A DNA stretch of 64,000 nt, from contig JAOPWV010000069.1 in assembly GCA_025965475.1 (NCBI GenBank), positions 590-64,589 on the forward strand, in the 5' to 3' direction. Positions 62,074 through 64,000 of the stretch are shown here, piece after piece; positions within the stretch are counted from its first letter, which is position 1, and each line of letters begins with the position of its first letter. A model generated the notes under the pieces. It was not told the DNA's origin. It ran no database searches and saw only the letters and a program-made list of their open reading frames with translations. This DNA comes from Frankiales bacterium (GTDB lineage: Bacteria; Actinomycetota; Actinomycetes; Mycobacteriales; SCTD01). The position numbers were made by a program, and so were the translations under genes.

Positions 62074-63195
62074 TTACTGGATTCCTGCAGCCTTACAGGC
62101 GGCGGCGTAGTCGGCGGTGCAGATGTCCGACGCCTTCCAGAAGCCATCGGTGATGACGTCCTTGACGTTCGCCTTGTAGATGGCCTGCGGGATCTCGAGC
62201 GCCGACGGGACGTCCTTCTTCAGGACGGTGTCGGTGACCTTGCCGGTCGCGATGCTCGAGGCATCCTTGCCCTGGATGAGGGCGATCGCGAGCTGGGAGG
62301 CCGCGTCGGCCTCCTTCTTGATGGCCTTGTAGACGGTCATGCACTGGTCACCCGAGAGGATGGCCTGCAGCCCGGCGACGCTCGCGTCCTGGCCGGTGAC
62401 GGGCACCTTGCCGTTCAGCTTGTTGGCCTTGAGGCGGGCGATGATGCCGCCGGCCATCGTGTCGTTGGCGGACACGACACCGTCGACCTTGCCGTTGTTC
62501 TGGGTGTACAGCTGCTCGAACGCGGTGCCCGCGATCTTCGCGTCCCACTTGCCGGTCTGGTCACCCACGAGCTTGTACTTGCCGTCGAGGGGCTTGAGGG
62601 CCTCGACGTAGCCCTGCTTGAACAGAGCGGCGTTGTTGTCGGTCGGGTCGCCGTTGATCTGGACGTAGTTGACGTTGGACGTCTTGCCCATGTCCGTGAG
62701 GCACTTCTGCAGGCCCTCACCCATGAGCTTGCCGACCGCCACGTTGTCGAACGACACGTAGTAGGACGCACCGCCGCCGAGGGTCAGGCGGTCGTAGTCG
62801 ATCGTCTTGATGCCGGCGCCCTGGGCCTTCTTGAGGCAGGCGGAACCGGAGTCGGAGTCGAGGTTGACGATGAGCAGGACCTTGACACCGGCGTTGATCA
62901 TGCCGTCGCAGATGGTGCCGAACTTCGACTTGTCGCCGTTGGCGTTCTGGATGTCGGCGCCGACGCCGGCGGCCTGGAACGCGGCCGCGAGCAGGGGCCG
63001 GTCGTTGGCCTCCCAGCGCGGCGACGTGGCGGCGTCGGGGAGGATCACGCCGACCTTTCCGGTCGCGGCGGCGGCGCTGCTGGCGCCACCGGTCGCGCCG
63101 GCCGTCGTCGAGCTGGAGCTCGAACCGCCGCACCCGGTGACGGCGAGGGCGATCGCGGCGACTGCGGCGATCCCCCACAGGGACTGCTTGCGCAT
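62074..63195 (-). CDS. Xylose-type sugar ABC substrate-binding lipoprotein (XylF/ChvE-like)
   Basis: Lipobox VTGC, RWEAND, YDRL, SFDN, GDPTDNNA, ANDTMA, TGQDA. Confidence 0.9.
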   Translation of the reverse strand: MRKQSLWGIAAVAAIALAVTGCGGSSSSSTTAGATGGASSAAAATGKVGVILPDAATSPRWEANDRPLLAAAFQAAGVGADIQNANGDKSKFGTICDGMINAGVKVLLIVNLDSDSGSACLKKAQGAGIKTIDYDRLTLGGGASYYVSFDNVAVGKLMGEGLQKCLTDMGKTSNVNYVQINGDPTDNNAALFKQGYVEALKPLDGKYKLVGDQTGKWDAKIAGTAFEQLYTQNNGKVDGVVSANDTMAGGIIARLKANKLNGKVPVTGQDASVAGLQAILSGDQCMTVYKAIKKEADAASQLAIALIQGKDASSIATGKVTDTVLKKDVPSALEIPQAIYKANVKDVITDGFWKASDICTADYAAACKAAGIQ

Positions 63196-63406
63196 GCTGG
63201 TCCTTTCGTGGCTGGAGTCGTGCACCGGGCAGGCCCTGCTGGCTGGCCCCCGACTATGGCTGAGCATCCGTGCGGGGCAGGCGCACCGACGGTCCGCACA
63301 CCCATTTGTTGTGGCCCGCAACTTATGCATGATCGGTGCGCCCGACAAGGGTTTCAGGCCTGTTGCTTGAGCCCACCGGCGTAACGATTACGTGACGGTG
63401 ACCGCA

Positions 63407-64000
63407 TCACGCACGCAACGTCCCCCGGCCGAGCCAGGTCGCGGGATCGGCGAGGACCCCGGACACCACGGACGTGGCGGCGCCGAGGACCGCGGACTCG
63501 GGCCCCTTCGTCGCGATCCGGACCCGCGGGGGCGCCCAGGCCGACCACAGGACGCGGGCGGCCAGCTCCGCCTCCACGGCGGGCTGGATCCAGGGGGCCA
63601 GCGGACCGTAGATGCCGCCGAGCACCACGGTGCCGACGTCCAGGAGGTTGACCATGCCGGCCACGACGACGCCGAGGGCGTTCGCCGCGTCGGCGAGGGC
63701 GGCGAGCAGATCGGCGTCACCGTCGGCCGCCCGCTGCACCAGCAGCCGGATCGTCGGCTCGCCGCCCAGCGAGGTGGCCGCGCTGCCACTCAGGCCGGCC
63801 CGCCGCAGGATCGCCTCCTGCCCGGCGTACTGCTCCAGGCAGCCCCGGGCGCCGCAACTGCACGGCGGGCCGGCCGGGTCGACGGTGACGTGGCCGATCT
63901 CCCCACCCCAGCCGCGACTGCCCCGGAAGAGCCGGCCGCCGAGCACGATCCCGGCCCCGATCCCGACCTCTCCGGACAGGTGGACGAAGTCAGGGGCGTC
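63407..64000 (-). CDS. ROK family regulator/kinase (5' end outside window)
   Basis: GEIGHV, CSCGARGCLE, VVLGG. Confidence 0.85.
   Translation of the reverse strand, partial: DAPDFVHLSGEVGIGAGIVLGGRLFRGSRGWGGEIGHVTVDPAGPPCSCGARGCLEQYAGQEAILRRAGLSGSAATSLGGEPTIRLLVQRAADGDADLLAALADAANALGVVVAGMVNLLDVGTVVLGGIYGPLAPWIQPAVEAELAARVLWSAWAPPRVRIATKGPESAVLGAATSVVSGVLADPATWLGRGTLRA

Overview
High-GC actinobacterial chromosome segment, densely coding; no tRNA/rRNA, CRISPR or intact mobile element seen. 1-33 kb looks like a catabolic island for nitrogen-containing (probably N-methylated or pyridine-type) compounds. It has four parts: (i) a luciferase-like monooxygenase with flavin reductase, its own ribBA, EthD, aldehyde dehydrogenase, NCS1 permease, YtcJ/NfdA-like amidohydrolase and a double Lrp regulator; (ii) the N-methylglutamate methylamine pathway (glnT/gmaS, mgsABC, one FAD oxidoreductase) joined by HutD and a hut-cluster-type M20 amidohydrolase; (iii) modABC; (iv) a PucR-associated molybdo-hydroxylase with coxG/D/E, a cupin and a 2,6-dihydroxypyridine 3-hydroxylase homologue. 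33-57 kb is a mosaic: MFS/TetR, two internally deleted pseudogenes, egtA-egtB-egtD without egtC, a stand-alone selenocysteine formate dehydrogenase alpha subunit with a SECIS hairpin, and small stress-type genes. 57-64 kb is a xylose-type ABC/xylulokinase/ROK locus. Functional calls come from motif recognition by eye only; no database searches were run, and substrates are hypotheses.
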